Below, piece by piece: positions 1 to 12,700 of a stretch of DNA of 64,000 bases. The position numbers were made by a program, and so were the translations under genes. Numbering within the stretch: the stretch's first letter is position 1; each line of letters begins with the position of its first letter. This stretch comes from Marsupella aquatica (Eukaryota > Plantae > Marchantiophyta). The notes under the pieces are model-generated. The model worked only from the letters and a program-made list of their open reading frames with translations, had not been told where the DNA came from and ran no database searches. Location: NCBI GenBank assembly GCA_973895155.1, contig OZ316895.1, forward strand, positions 18,609,880 to 18,673,879, read 5' to 3'.

Positions 1-2901
1 AGGAGGTGCAATTACACTTTGCACGAGAAGAGCATCCATGCTTTACGGCTATGCAGACTCGGAAATACCAGGGCTTCATGGCCAGATCCGGCTTGGAAGC
101 CTTCATAAAGTTACCATGGCTAAAACCGGAGGTGTCGGATTCAGACTTACTAGAATTCATGGGATCATGGGAGCCCGAGACCAATTCCACAAGGGTGTAT
201 GGGAAGGATTTCTATCTCACTCCCCGGGTGATTGCCGAAGTATTTGGCTTGCCGATGGGCAATAAGACCAAAGTAGATACCAGGAAGACCTTGCCAGACA
301 AGGAGTTCCGATCGTTTCCAGGGCCATCAACAAATAATGGCTTCTTCTGAAACACCTGCACAAACCCGCACATAGGAGAAATGATCGATTTCTTGCGGGT
401 GACCATGCATTGTAACTTGCCGAGGGCAGAGATTGGCAAGGCACAGGTCTATCTGGGGGAGAGGCCAGACCCAAGCCGAGACTACAACGGGTACCTCCTC
501 ACCCAACTGAAGAAGATCTTGAAGGAGGAACAGCTGGTGATCGGCATGGGAAGCGTGTCCCGGCTTGGTTATCATATGCCGCTGTTATGCCGGTATGTCC
601 AAAGTCAGATATTCACCCCGGTATTGCCCCTGCAGGCAAGAGCACCAGAGGAGGTTCCGGAACCGAGGCCGGCAACACAAAAACCGATCCAGCCCGACAG
701 TCCTACAATCGAGCAAGTGTTTAGGCCGAGGAAGGAGGACTTGCCGATGCAACAACCAGGCATGCAGAATTTGCTGAAATTGCTGGAGAAGGAAAGGAGA
801 ATGGCAACGGCAACGGCAACGGGACCGGTACAGAATACTGCTCCCGAAGTCGGCCTTAGCCAACTTACCAGGGGAAACCCCTTTACCGGGGTCAAGGAGA
901 GAAGGAGGCCGGAACACGAGCCGGGAGTCCGAATGTATGTAGGAGCTTCAAGTCCAGAAGCCGAGGAAAAGTAGCCCGAACCTCCTGGTGGCGACAAGGA
1001 GAAGATGAGATAAACATGGAAGCCGGAGGAAGCAGGACCCGTGATCTATGAGGCCGTGTTCACGGCAAGACCAGGACAGCAGCGGGGGGAGCCGGTAGTC
1101 CAAGCCGAGGAGGAGGCGGTAGAAGGCTACGACAATGATGACTCCGGCTACGGGTCGGACCATCATGTTCCAGGAATAAGGACCTGTGGCAGGTTCATCC
1201 CCACTCTTCCAAGAGTAGTTCGAGGGGACCCGACCTAGTAGAGCAGCCCCAAGTCTCCCCCACCAGATGCTGCTCCCCCTAGCTTTGATGGCATAAAACA
1301 GACGGCACATGAATTTCAGGAACGACTAAGGGAGGAAGAAGAGGCAGCCCTGGCTAGGGAGAAAGATTTACCAGGAGGAGAATGGCCAGAGGACATCACG
1401 CGGCTTGCAGAAAAACAAAGCAACCCTCCAGCCATGATAGAAGAAATTCGCAAGGCGGCTTGGGAACAAAGGCCGCGGTGGATGATGCCGATGACTTCTA
1501 CTCACTCCGCCTATGCTAAAGAAAGAGCCATGGAGTATGGGGAGATGTGTGGGGAACTTGCGCTCGGCATCTTTGGGGAGGAGTTGGAACAGGGACCCTT
1601 TTTCTAGAGGGAAATGTTGGAGAAGCGCCGATTAGAAGAAGCGTCGATTAGAAGAAGCGGTGGCTTTGGAGAGAAGCAAGAAGGATGAGGTCATCCGTCA
1701 GCTTAGGGCAAGGGAAGCCGAGGTAGAAGACCTGAAGGTGGCCAAGAAAGCCCAAGATGAGCTGCAGATTAAGCGGCATGAGCTCAACATCATGCAGGGG
1801 CAATTGGATACCGCGCAGTCTGATAATCAGATTATCAAGGATAAACTGACTCGGACCCAAGGTGAGCTGGCCGATTCGATCAAGGAGAAGGAGAAGTGGA
1901 AGCCAGAGCTGAGAGACGCAGAGGAGGCCCACATAGTAGCCAACAATCGGGCCATGGCGGAAACTCAAAGAAGGGAAAGGGCGCTGAAGGGGGAACTCGA
2001 GGATATCTGCGGAGCCCTTGAGCAGAAGGAAGCCGAGTTAGGAAAATCCTATCAGGCGATCATTGTGCTACGGCACGAGCTTGCATCCATGACGGCCAGC
2101 TTCAAGGCCAATCTCTGCGAGAAAGATGACCAGCTTGACCAGACTTATGCCAAGATGAATAAAATGGAGTCTCAGGTCGTTACGGAGCTCGACAAGGAGC
2201 TGAGAGCAACCCAGGAGGAGAGGGCTACCTTAAAGAAGGAATTGGAGTAAGCCCAGAAGGAGCGGAAGGAGGCGCGCAAGGACCTTGATGAATTGCAGGA
2301 GGAGTTGGAGGAAAGCACGCGGAAGATGGAGAACTTACAGCGGCGAGCCGACAACCAAACGGAGCGACTGAAGAAACAGGCCGGAGTATTTAAGTGCTTG
2401 GCTTCCTCAGGTCCAACTCCAATTGGGGCAACCAAGTTGCCAGGAGTAGTATTGGCCGAAGGACAAGCCAAGACACTCGCACCGGTGCCGGAGGTAAGTG
2501 GCAAGGGGAAGGGGCCAGCTACCAAACCAAAGAAGAAGAAGAAGCGGAAACCTTCTGGGTCAGGGAGTAATACGGCTCCTCAAGCCGTCGTGACCAAGGA
2601 GGTAAACCCAACACCAACCTCAGGCAGTGTCACGGTAGAGGATCCAACTGCCCTAGAAGGCGGGGATGGCAAAGCCGAGGCCAGGATACTCGGTGATGAA
2701 GCCAGGGTACCAGATCCACCACTAGAGCATGTCGGGGAGGCCGTGGCCGATGCTGAGGCTGAAGCCGAGGGTGGACCCAGTCAGGCCGATGGAGAGTTGA
2801 CTTGGTCCGGAGCAGGTAATCTGTCAGAGGAGGGACCTATAGTAGTGGCTGCGGAGGAAGTGTTGGGGGTGTCCATTGAGGACCAGACACCGCTGCCATG
2901 A
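1..2901 (+). pseudogene. LTR-encoded ORF of family 1, copy in A 5' LTR (stops and frameshift)
   Basis: ORF pieces 6-350, 381-974, 1041-1238, 1660-2250 and 2293-2901 align in order to the ~1220-aa ORF in the B and C LTRs; a short duplication near 1630-1660 shifts the frame. Confidence 0.88.
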
Positions 2902-3806
2902 CGGTGGTGGAGGGCCGCTCCTTTTAAGGAGGGCGGACGTGGAGGGAGGAGGCGTGAGTGGGCAAGGCGGGCTCAGATCTCCAAGTTTAGAATTAGGATC
3001 AGGACCAAGGGGCGGCCGTGACACTTAGCTTAGTGGGATTGCGGATCCACTGGTAAGAGCAACACTTGTGCTCCTGCTTTGCTGTACATAGGTAGATTAC
3101 AGTTAGGTAGATTAGGCTTATGCTGCAAGGAATTAGGCGGATCCACTACCAGGATAAGTACCTGGGCAGCGGGGAGTTCAAGGCCTTCTTCTTTAGCAAG
3201 TTTTTAGTGCACCAACAGGGCTGGGATCAAGTAGTTAAAGAAGCTCTTAGTTAGTTATACTGTGACCCTTGTGTATATTCATGTTTCCTCATACCTAAGA
3301 GATTAATAGAGTTGGCCTCATGGCTTAGTTCGCAGATCTTGTATATGAGAAGTACTGTTTGTATGGCAAGTGCATGGTATAACTCAGTCAGAAGGAGTCA
3401 TTTTGCTATTTGTGTGTCGCATTAACCTGTTTGAAGATTGCCCACATTAACCAAGAAGGGAGTAAGGAAGGTAGTAAGAGTTGGATGTGTCGAGCTGAGA
3501 GAGGTCTTAGCGGCTTACCCAAGCTAGTTGGGGATCATTCCGGCGGCGGAATCCAAACATACCTAAAGGAAAACCGAGAGAGGAGGACAAGGGAAGGCCT
3601 AGAATAGGCCGGCTACGTATCTCATGACCCGATGAAGGATCTGTCCAGTATATGTGAGTAAAATGTTAATAGTAATAGTAGTAGAAGGAAGTTAGCAACG
3701 TCCCATGCCGCTAAGCCGCAAAATCGGCCTCACCAAGAGCGAAACCTGCGGGAATCGGCTTGTGCAGAGGGGTTTGTTGGGTTTAGGAGCCATGGGACGC
3801 ACCACA
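1..3806 (+). repeat. 5' LTR of element A (left part outside window)
   Basis: Colinear with the LTRs of B and C; ends CACCACA just before TTTT and the PBS. Confidence 0.9.
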
Positions 3807-3810
3807 TTTT

Positions 3811-3828
3811 TGGCGCTAGATGGAGGGG
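3811..3828 (+). other. Primer binding site, tRNA-Asn type
   Basis: TGGCGCTAGATGGAGGGG 4 nt after the LTR; complementary to the plant tRNA-Asn(GUU) 3' end as recalled (CCCCUCCUUCUAGCGCCA) with one mismatch. Confidence 0.8.
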
Positions 3829-4111
3829 GCATTTCTTAAGCCGTGAGATATGAAGTTAGGGAGGAAACGTAGGTAATGACTGAAACTACATCAAGGGAGG
3901 AAAGAGCGATTCAACGGGAGAGAGCTCGTCTGCAGCAGCTCGTCAAGTGGCATGATACACAGCGACTGAGAGGGGCAAAAGAGCTAGTCACTCCGTAACT
4001 GAAAGTGGCGTCGAAGAAGACATACCAAAAGAAGTGTCGGTAAGGAGGAGTGAGTCCCCAACCGACATGGGGGAACCGGAGGCACGGCCAGAAGAGAGGC
4101 CTGGGACCAGA

Positions 4112-5807
4112 TGTGGGAAGGCATTTTTGTTGAATATTATGAATAAGAGCTTAATCGGGATTTTTTCAAACTTTTTGGAGCAAAGGATGACGCTTTCTGA
4201 AGCGTCCGCATTCTTTTGACGCTTTCTAAAGCGTCCGCCCTCACTACTCTGTTTCAAGCAGCCCAACTCCGGACGCTTTCTGAAGCGTCCACATGAGAAG
4301 TTAGTATACGTTCAACCGCGGCACCAATCCAACGTCTGTGACCGGCACCAAGTACTGGACGCCTTCTGAAGCGTCCACTAGAGCAGTCCAAAACTTGATG
4401 CTACTTGGAAGCGTCCGTTATCAAGTCTTGACCGCCGCGGCGCTCTTAAAAGCGTCCCCATAAGACCCAACGCTTTCTGAAGCGTCCGCCACTCCAAAGG
4501 CGACATCGACACTGACGCTGACTGAAGCGTCGCACCCGAAGACCGGAAGCCAGACGCTGCGACCAAAACCTCAAAATTCAGCCAACGCTTTCGGAAGCGT
4601 CCACAAAAGACCTTTGTAGTTTTGGACGCTTTCTGAAGCGTCCATTATGTTCCCGACACTTAGAAATATTTTCATTTTTTGCACTTTTATAACACCGCGC
4701 CACTTTTACCGATTTATTTGAGGCACTTAGAGATCTCATAAAACTCTGAAACTTTGCGAGCATATAGACTATATGTAGTAGAGTACCCTAGAAAAGTTTC
4801 AACTTCTTCCAACTTTTAGTTTAGAAGTTAAAATTAGATTAAGATCATTGTTTATTAGTTTTACCGGAAAACACCGACGCTTTGCAAAATTTTCACTCAA
4901 ACATTGACGCTTTCTGAAGCGTCCACTGCATTTCCCACACTTTACTTTTTCCATTTTAAGATTACCTTTTAGATATTGAGGTTTGAAAGGTCATGACTCT
5001 TCAGTTGACAGACTACACCTATAAGACCCATTTCCTTACGAGTCGGACAGAGGGGGACAAAATTTTATTCAGATGTTAGAATTCTGAATAGTTTTCCACC
5101 TTCCATTTTAACAAGGGAGTCTTGTATGGAAGTAAAATATATGTTATGATTTGTGAATGAATTCAGGAGATACTTTGTGTGACTGAATTACAATCACCCC
5201 CTTTTGAGATTCATATCAAATTCACTGCTAGACTTACTCAAATGAGATTTGCTAGCCAATTTTAGAATTAATGCTTGATTGAGAGAAACAAAATTCCATT
5301 TTCACAGTAGTTAGTACCATTACTGTACTCTGGTATATTCATTAGTGATTGATTGAAAGTGCGCATCACTGATAATCAATCCATGTTGACGGCATTTTAC
5401 TGAATATCTTAGTACTTGTAATCAGAAATCTACCTTTGGGTTTGGTGAGTAGAAATCTCTCAATCAGTATTCTTATGGATTTAAGGAGAGTTTAGATGAG
5501 TTAAGAGAAATTTTGTTTGTATATAATAAGACCATAGTCCTTTTTGAAGGAGTGGCAATATCAAACTGATAATAATCTCACTCAATTGAAGCTTATCTTT
5601 ATTCATAACTCAAAAGTCTATTTTGTTTGTGTTTTGTTAGTTTACTTATTTTTCCTGTAAGGAAAATTTGAGCTGTATAGAGTAAGAGACTCTAAACCTC
5701 TCAAAATTACTATATCATTCAATCTATTCCAATTCTGTTCCTAAAGGGATTGAATTCTGAGTTTATAAAGATATTTTGTTACTTTTGTGTTCTTACGGCT
5801 TACGACA
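4112..5807. mobile_element. Solo LTR (1696 bp) of an unrelated LTR family inserted in gag of A
   Basis: Starts TGTGGGAAG and ends CTTACGACA (TG...CA, imperfect inverted termini); 5-bp TSD CCAGA at 4107-4111 and 5808-5812; gag reads on across the junction (PGTR|LSQRSR). Confidence 0.88.
4189..4924. repeat. Dispersed array of about 11 palindromic motifs GGACGCTT-TCTG-AAGCGTCC
   Basis: Copies near 4189, 4218, 4271, 4357, 4397, 4439, 4469, 4514, 4584, 4624 and 4906 (half site at 4876), separated by unique spacers. Confidence 0.9.
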
Positions 5808-6153
5808 CCAGACTGAGCCAACGGTCGCGCATTCATTACAAGGCATTTCATGGAAGAGTAGATGAGGATCCGGATGAATGGTTGGATGACTTTGAAGGAA
5901 CCGTTGTAGCAAATGGAGAATCGGCCATCAAGATGCAGATTCTTCCCGGCCTGTTCAAGGGTGAGGCTAGGCCCTGGTATAGAGCATTGGATGTGGAAGA
6001 TCAAGCCATCTGGCATACCTTCAAATCACTATTTGTAAAGGAGTTTTGACCCATTGGAACCTCAGAGCTAGCAATGCTGAAGTTGGGACGACTTCGATTC
6101 AAGGAGAACAAATCCTTCAGAAAGTTCTTGCAACGCTTCCAAAAGCTGGTAAG

Positions 6154-6415
6154 TGTCACGCGATTGACATGGGTCTTAACACCAAAAACGTCACTATGGG
6201 TGCCAAAACCATCTCCTTGTACCTGAGGATCACGAAGGGATGTTACTAATTGTTTGACAAAAAGGTTAAATGGTAGATGACAAGTGAATGAGAAATCGGA
6301 TCAATTGAAGCCGTATGATGTTTAATTGATACAAAGAAGGATAGTGGAGGAGTTTGGAGTTCCGGAGGAGGGTTAACTCCAGGAGTTGGCAACCAGTCAA
6401 CTTAGGCGGTTAACA
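6154..6415. mobile_element. Short foreign fragment (probably a truncated LTR end) replacing about 0.85 kb of gag
   Basis: Begins TGTCACG right after gag ...CTGGTAAG; gag resumes at the third zinc knuckle; the sequence present between these points in copies B and C is missing; no TSD. Confidence 0.55.
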
Positions 6416-7915
6416 GCTATGTATGGGATGCCGACAGGAGGGTCACATGCTAGGACAATGTCCTACTTGGTTGGCAGGACTTGCCGCAAATCATAAGCTC
6501 TTGCCGGTCAAGGTCTTGCCTCCGGGTACTACCCCAGGAGGAGTTCAAATCAACCACATCGAACTCGGATGGCAAGTGGATGTCGAGGCAGAGTTTGGAC
6601 CATCTGATGATGAGGCTGAGGCCCTATCAACATTTTCAGAAGAGGATTTGGATCATGATTGCTACCGGGTCTCTACTTGATCCACCAGAAGGAAGGAAAG
6701 GTGGGATGGGTTGGCCAAAAATAAAGGGAAGGTTTAAGAAGAAAAGATCGACTCTTCGTCAACATCAACAGAAGGAGAAGGAAGGGCGCCGGCAACACAG
6801 GTAAGCCATGAGCCCACCAGTGAGCCCAATCCTTCACAGGACAGCGACTTCAATAGAGACCACCCTAAGTTGTTTTACCCCTCTATTACGGCTAGTGTTA
6901 AGGAACAACTGCGAGAATTGGAAACCTTGGAGAATACCGAAGCCATAGCCAAGGATGTGAAACGAGCAAAAGCGTTGTTTGCTTTGGAGGATCCAAGGGC
7001 TGTGGAAACTAGCATGAAAAAACAGGCCAAAGCCAATATAGAGACACCGGCAGAAGAGAAGCCGATAGTCCCCTATGACTTGGCTAAAGATGTACTAGAA
7101 TCTAGAGTCTCGGCAATAGTAGGTCAACTATTGAAAAATAGCCCATACTTCCGGAAGTAGTTAAGGAAGGCCATTCTTGGCAAGCCGAGATTACCCAAGG
7201 TAGCAACCAGATCCGACGTGCTGATGATAGAAGAAGATCAAGGAGCCCCAACATTACCATTAATGATTCAAGGAGAAATATTACTAAGGGTACCCATCGA
7301 TGGAGGATCAAGGGTATGTATTATGATTGATTCAACAGCAAAAGGATGGGGACTAACGCCGGAGATGACTGGAAGAGTGTTGAACATGGCCAATGGGTAT
7401 CAGGTCATTCCCACGGGAGTGTTAACCGGCATCAAGACTTAGATAGGAGGGATCTTCTTTAGCATTAGCTATGTAGTAATGAAGCCGGTAAACCCTACGT
7501 CATTTCGACTATTGATTGGTAGGCCATGGCTGTATCCAGCCAAGGTAATAGAAGATTGGGGGAAGAAGGAGTTTACTTTTGGAACCCCCGCTATCACGGT
7601 ATCTTGGGACACCAAGGATGACCATAGGAGAAGCATGAGGGAGGTAGACGGGTATGATAGTGGACTGGAGTCAGCAGATGAGGTACGTTGGCTAGAATGC
7701 CTCACTAACCTGACCGAAGAAAGTATCTTTGGACCAGAAGTATCCCCCAGCGGACTATGGCAAGAACCTATGGAGAGTGACTTGGAGGAATATGAAGACG
7801 AAACCGAGGACTGCTTTGCCATTGAGTCCACCTTTTTAGCTTCAATTCCGGAGGAAGCACAAAAAGTGGACCAGTTGAATGAAACGGCTAAGTGGGGAGC
7901 TGCACCCAAGCTAGT

Positions 7916-7980
7916 GGATTTTCCTCAGGCATTGTGGTAGAGCCGGCAGGATCCACAACGCCATCTATCATCGGCAATAA
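7916..7980 (+). other. Candidate -1 programmed ribosomal frameshift signal, copy A
   Basis: G GAT TTT heptamer followed by stem GGCATTGTGG/CCACAACGCC (one mismatch). Confidence 0.55.
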
Positions 7981-9779
7981 ATTAAATACCAAGGAACAGC
8001 ATACAAGCCAATTACGAGGGCAGAACAAATTGAGGCCCTATTAGAAGCCATAAGAGCACAGCAACCTGACCCTCAGGAGGCAAGAATGGATGAGATACAC
8101 AGAAACAAGCCAGAGTCAAGGCCGGAAGGGAAGCCGACCACCAATTCAAAACCGAATAGTCCGGCAAGGGGACACTCTGCAGATAACCAGGGAGAAACCA
8201 ACTCGGCTAGTACGGTCGAGATTCCAGTTTATGGAGGTATGAGACTGGAGAGGCTGGAAGCCGAATTGGACCCAAACTTGAAGAAGCAGATTAATATGAT
8301 CCAAGCACGGCAATACCAAAAGCTCGACTTAGGAGAAGGAAGGGAACTGAACTTAGGATGGGACCTAGCACCTGAGCTTGAGAAAGAAATCAGTGAATTA
8401 CTGATTGAATTTCAGGATGTGTTTGCATGGAGTCACCAAGACCTGAAGGGAGTAGACCCAAAATTAGGAGAACATCGAATTGATCTCATGTTAGGGGCCA
8501 AATCATTTCGACAACCAATTCGAAGGATGAACCCTAAGTATTCCCTAATGGTCAAAACTAAAATCGACAAACTAGTGGAAGCCGGATTCATCACTCCAGT
8601 CCTGCATTCAGACTGGGTGTCTCCAATTGTGATAGTTCCCAAGAAAGTTGGACCGATGGTAAATCCAAGATCCAGGTTTATCAGGATTACAGGAAGTTGA
8701 ATGAGGCTACATTAAAGGAGCATTTTCCTTTACCCTTTACTGATATGGTACTAGACATGGTAGCCAATCATGAATTATATTCATTCATGGATGGGTACTC
8801 TGGTTATAACCAAATCATGATTAGGCAGGAGGACCAAATCAAGACGACCTTCATCACGGAATGGGGGATCTATGTCTTCAATCGTATGCCGTTTGGACTC
8901 TGTAATGCACCAGCTATGTTCCAACAATTAATGGTGAACATTTTCCATGACTACTTAAGAAAGTTCATGGAAATCTTCATTGATGACTTTGCAGTATTTG
9001 GGAAAGCATCGAAACATGCTAAATACCTAAGGAAGACCTTCATGAGATGCAGAGAGGTAGGTCTCAAGTTACACCCAGATAAATGTTTCTTTGGAGTAAC
9101 AGAGGGTGTGCTGCTAGGGCACAAAGTATTGAAGAAGGGCATTGAGATTGACAAGGGTAAGCTAGCAGTATGGCTTGATATCATGCAACCTAAAAACATA
9201 AAGGATGTGAGATCCTTCTTGGGGTGCATTGGGTATTATCGCCGGTTCATCAAGGATTTTGCCAAGCTAGCTTTACCATTAACCAACATGCTCAAGGCAG
9301 GCGTAGACTTTGAACCCACAGTAGAAAGAGTAACAGCTGTGGTGGAATTAAAGCAAAAGTTAGTAGAGGCCCCAGTCATGATAGCACCAGACTGGAACAA
9401 GGATTTTCATGTCTTCGTAGATGTCTCAGGCTTCTGTATCGGCTCATTACTAAGTCAGTTAGATGAGAAAGGAAGGGACCATCCCATATACTTTGCAAGC
9501 CGCCAGCTTGCCGATGCCGAACGGAACTACTCCACCACAGAAAGAGAAGCTTTAGGAGTCATTTATTCATGTAAAAAGTTTAGGCATTATTTGCTAGGGT
9601 ACAAAGTAATCCTTCATACTGATCATGAAAGTTTGAAGTACCTAGTAAATAAGTCGGACCTTACAGGCAGGGTAGCAAGATGGATTTTGTTATTACAAGA
9701 ATTTGACTACGAGCTAAAAATCAAGTCGGGAAAGCTACACGCTAATGCCAACTTCTTTTCAAGGATCATAGGTGAACCT

Positions 9780-12700
9780 TGTGGTGCGTCCCATGGCTCC
9801 CTAAACCCAAGGAACCCCCCAGCTCAAGCCGATTCTCGCAGGTTTCGCGCTTGGCGAGGCCGTTTCCGCGGCTTAGCGGCATGGGACGCTGCTAACTTCC
9901 TTCTACTACTACTATTAACATTTTACACACATATACTGGATAGATCCTTCATCGGGTCATGAGATACGTAGCCGGCCTAATCTAGGCCTTCCCTTGTCTT
10001 CCCCTCCATCTTGTTAGGTATGTTTGGATTCCGCCGCCGGAATGATCCCCAATAGGCTTGGTTAAGCCGCTAAGATCTCTCTCAGCTCGACACATCCAAC
10101 TCTCTCACTCCCTTGCTTACTTTCCTTCCTTCTGGTTGATGTGGGCACTCTTCACACAAGTTAATGCGACACACAAATAGCAAAATGACTCCTTCTGACT
10201 GAGTCATACCATGCACTTGCCATACAAACAGTACATCTCATACACAAGCTCTGCGAACTAAGCCGTGAGGCCAACTCTATTCAGCTCTTAGGCATGAGGA
10301 AACATGAATATACACAAGGTCACGGTATGACTAACCGAGAGCTTCTCTTACTACTTGATCCCAGCCCGGCTGGTGCAAACTAAAAACTTGCTAAAGAAGA
10401 GGCCCTGAGCTCCCCGCTGCCCAGGTATTTATCCTGGCAGTGGATCTGTCCAGAACTTCGCTGCGTAAGCTTAATCTATCCTACCTGTAATCTACCTAAC
10501 TGTACAGCGAGGCAGGAGCACAAGTGTTGCTCCTGCCAGTGGAACCGCAATCCCACTAAGCTAAGTGTCAGGGCCGCCTCCTGGTCCTGATCCTAATCCT
10601 AAACTTGGAGATCAGCGCCCGCCCTGCCCACTCACGCCTCCTACCTCCATGTCCGCCCTTCCTAAAAGGAACGGCGCCCTTGCACCGTCACGACACCGGT
10701 GGTGGATCCTCAATGGACGCCCCCAACGCTTCCTCCTCAGCCACTGTCGTAGGTTCATTCTCTGACAGATTACCTGCCCTTGACTGAGTCAACTCTCCAT
10801 CGGCCTGACTGGGTCTACCATCGGCATTGGCATCGGCTCGGGAATCATTCTTGGCTACGGCCTCAGCCTCGGCTATGGTCTCCCCGGCCTGCTCAAGAGG
10901 CGGATCTGGGATACCGGCCTCATTATTGAGTAGTTCGGCTTGGGCCGCGCCATCCCCACCTTTGGTGATAGCGGGATCTATTGCCGTGTTCATGCCGGAG
11001 GTTGGTGCTGGGTCTACCTCCTTGGTCACCACGGCCAGTGGAGTCGTATTACTTCTTGACCTTGAAGGTTTCCGCTTCTTCTTCTTTTCTGGTTTGGCAA
11101 CTGGTCCCTTCCCCTTCCCACTTACTTCCGTCACTGGTGCAGGTGGCGCGGCTTGTTCTTCGGCTAGTACCACTCCTGGTAACTTGGTTGCCCCAATTGG
11201 AGTTGGGTTTGATGAAGACAAGCACTTAAATACTGCGGCTTGTTTCTTCAGCCGCTCTGTTTGGTTGTCGGCCCGCCGTTGTAGGTTCTCCATCTTCCTC
11301 GTGATTTCCTCCAACTCCTCCTGCACTTCGTCCAGGTCTTTGCGCGCCTCCTCTAGTTCCTTCTGGGCTTCCTCCCATTCCCTGTGGGCTTCCTCCAGTT
11401 CTTTCTTCAAGGTAGCCCTCTCCTCCCGGGTTGCTCTTAGCTCCTTGTCGAGCTCTGCAATGATGACAGACTCCATCTGGTTCATCTTGGCGTAAGTCTG
11501 ATCGAGCATCTCGTCCTTCTCCTTAGGTCGGCCTTGAAGCTGGCCGTCAGGGACGCAAGCTCCTGCTGCAACGCCATAATCCCTTGATAGGATTTCCCTA
11601 ACTCGGCCTCCTTCTGCTCAAGGGCTCCGTGGATTTTCTCGAGCTCCCCCTTCAACGCCCATTCCTTTCTTTGGGTCTCCGCCATGGCCCGGTTGTTGGC
11701 TATTATGTGGGCCTCCTCTGCATTCCTCAACTCTCGCTTCCACTTCTCCCTCTCTTTGATCGTATCGGCCAACTCTCCTTGGGTCCGCGTTAGTAGATTC
11801 TCGATCATCCGATTATCAGATTGTGCGGTATCCAACTGGCCCTGCATGATATTTAGCTCATGCCACTTAATCCGCAGCTCATCTTGGGCTTTCTTGGCCA
11901 CCCTCAAGTCCTTGATTTTGGCTTCCCTTTCCCTAAGCCGACGGATGACCTCGTCCTTCTTGCTTCTTTCCAAGGCCACCGCTTCTTCTAATTGGTGCTT
12001 CTCCAACATCTCCCTCTGGAAAAAGGGTCCCTGCTCCAACTCCTCCCCAAATATGCTGAGCGCCAGTTCTCCACACATCTCCCCGTACTCCATGGCTCTG
12101 TCTTTAGCATAGGTGGAGGAAGTAGAAGTCATCGGCATCATCCACCGCGGCCTCTGCTCCCAAGCCGTCTTGCGGATCTCTTCAATCGTGGCTAGAGGTT
12201 TGCTTCCTTTTTCGGCTAGCCGCTTGATGTCCTCCGGCCAATCTCCTCCTGGCAAATCCTTTTCTCTAGCCAGGGCTGCCTCCTCTTCCTGCCTGATTTG
12301 CCCCTGAAATTCCTGCGCCGTCTGTTTTATGCCGTCAAAGCTCGGGGGAGCAACATCTGGTGGGGGAGACTCAGGGCTACTCTGCTGGTTGGGGTCCCCT
12401 CGTACTACCCTTGGAAGTGTGGGGATAAACCGGCCACAGGTCCTTACTCCTGGAACGTGATGGTCCGACCCATAGCCGGAGTTATCATGGCTATAGTCCT
12501 CCAGTGCCTTCTCTACTTCTTGGACTTCCGGCTTCTCCCTCTCCTCTTCGTCCGTAGGAGCTTCACGCAATTCTGCCTCAGATTCAGAGCTTGAGACTCC
12601 CACGTACATTCGAACACCCGGCTTGGATTCTGGCCTGATTCTCTCCTTGTCTCCAGTAAAGGGGTTTTCCCTTGTAAGCCGGTGTAGGCCTACCTCTGGA

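Larger units (their letters stand above)
3876..9779 (+). pseudogene. gag-protease-RT-RNase H of element A (interrupted and partly deleted)
   Basis: EDPDEWLDDF gag motif, CMGCRQEGHMLGQC zinc knuckle, protease IDGGS, RT MPFGLCNAPA and FIDD, RNase H DVSG...ERNYSTTERE...TDH; several stops and frameshifts. Confidence 0.92.

Noticed and set aside
3811-3828. tRNA gene
   Set aside because: Only the 18-nt complement of a tRNA 3' end (PBS); no cloverleaf
4189-4924. CRISPR array
   Set aside because: Spacer lengths are very irregular, repeats are degenerate, there are no cas genes, and the array lies in a TSD-flanked eukaryotic solo LTR
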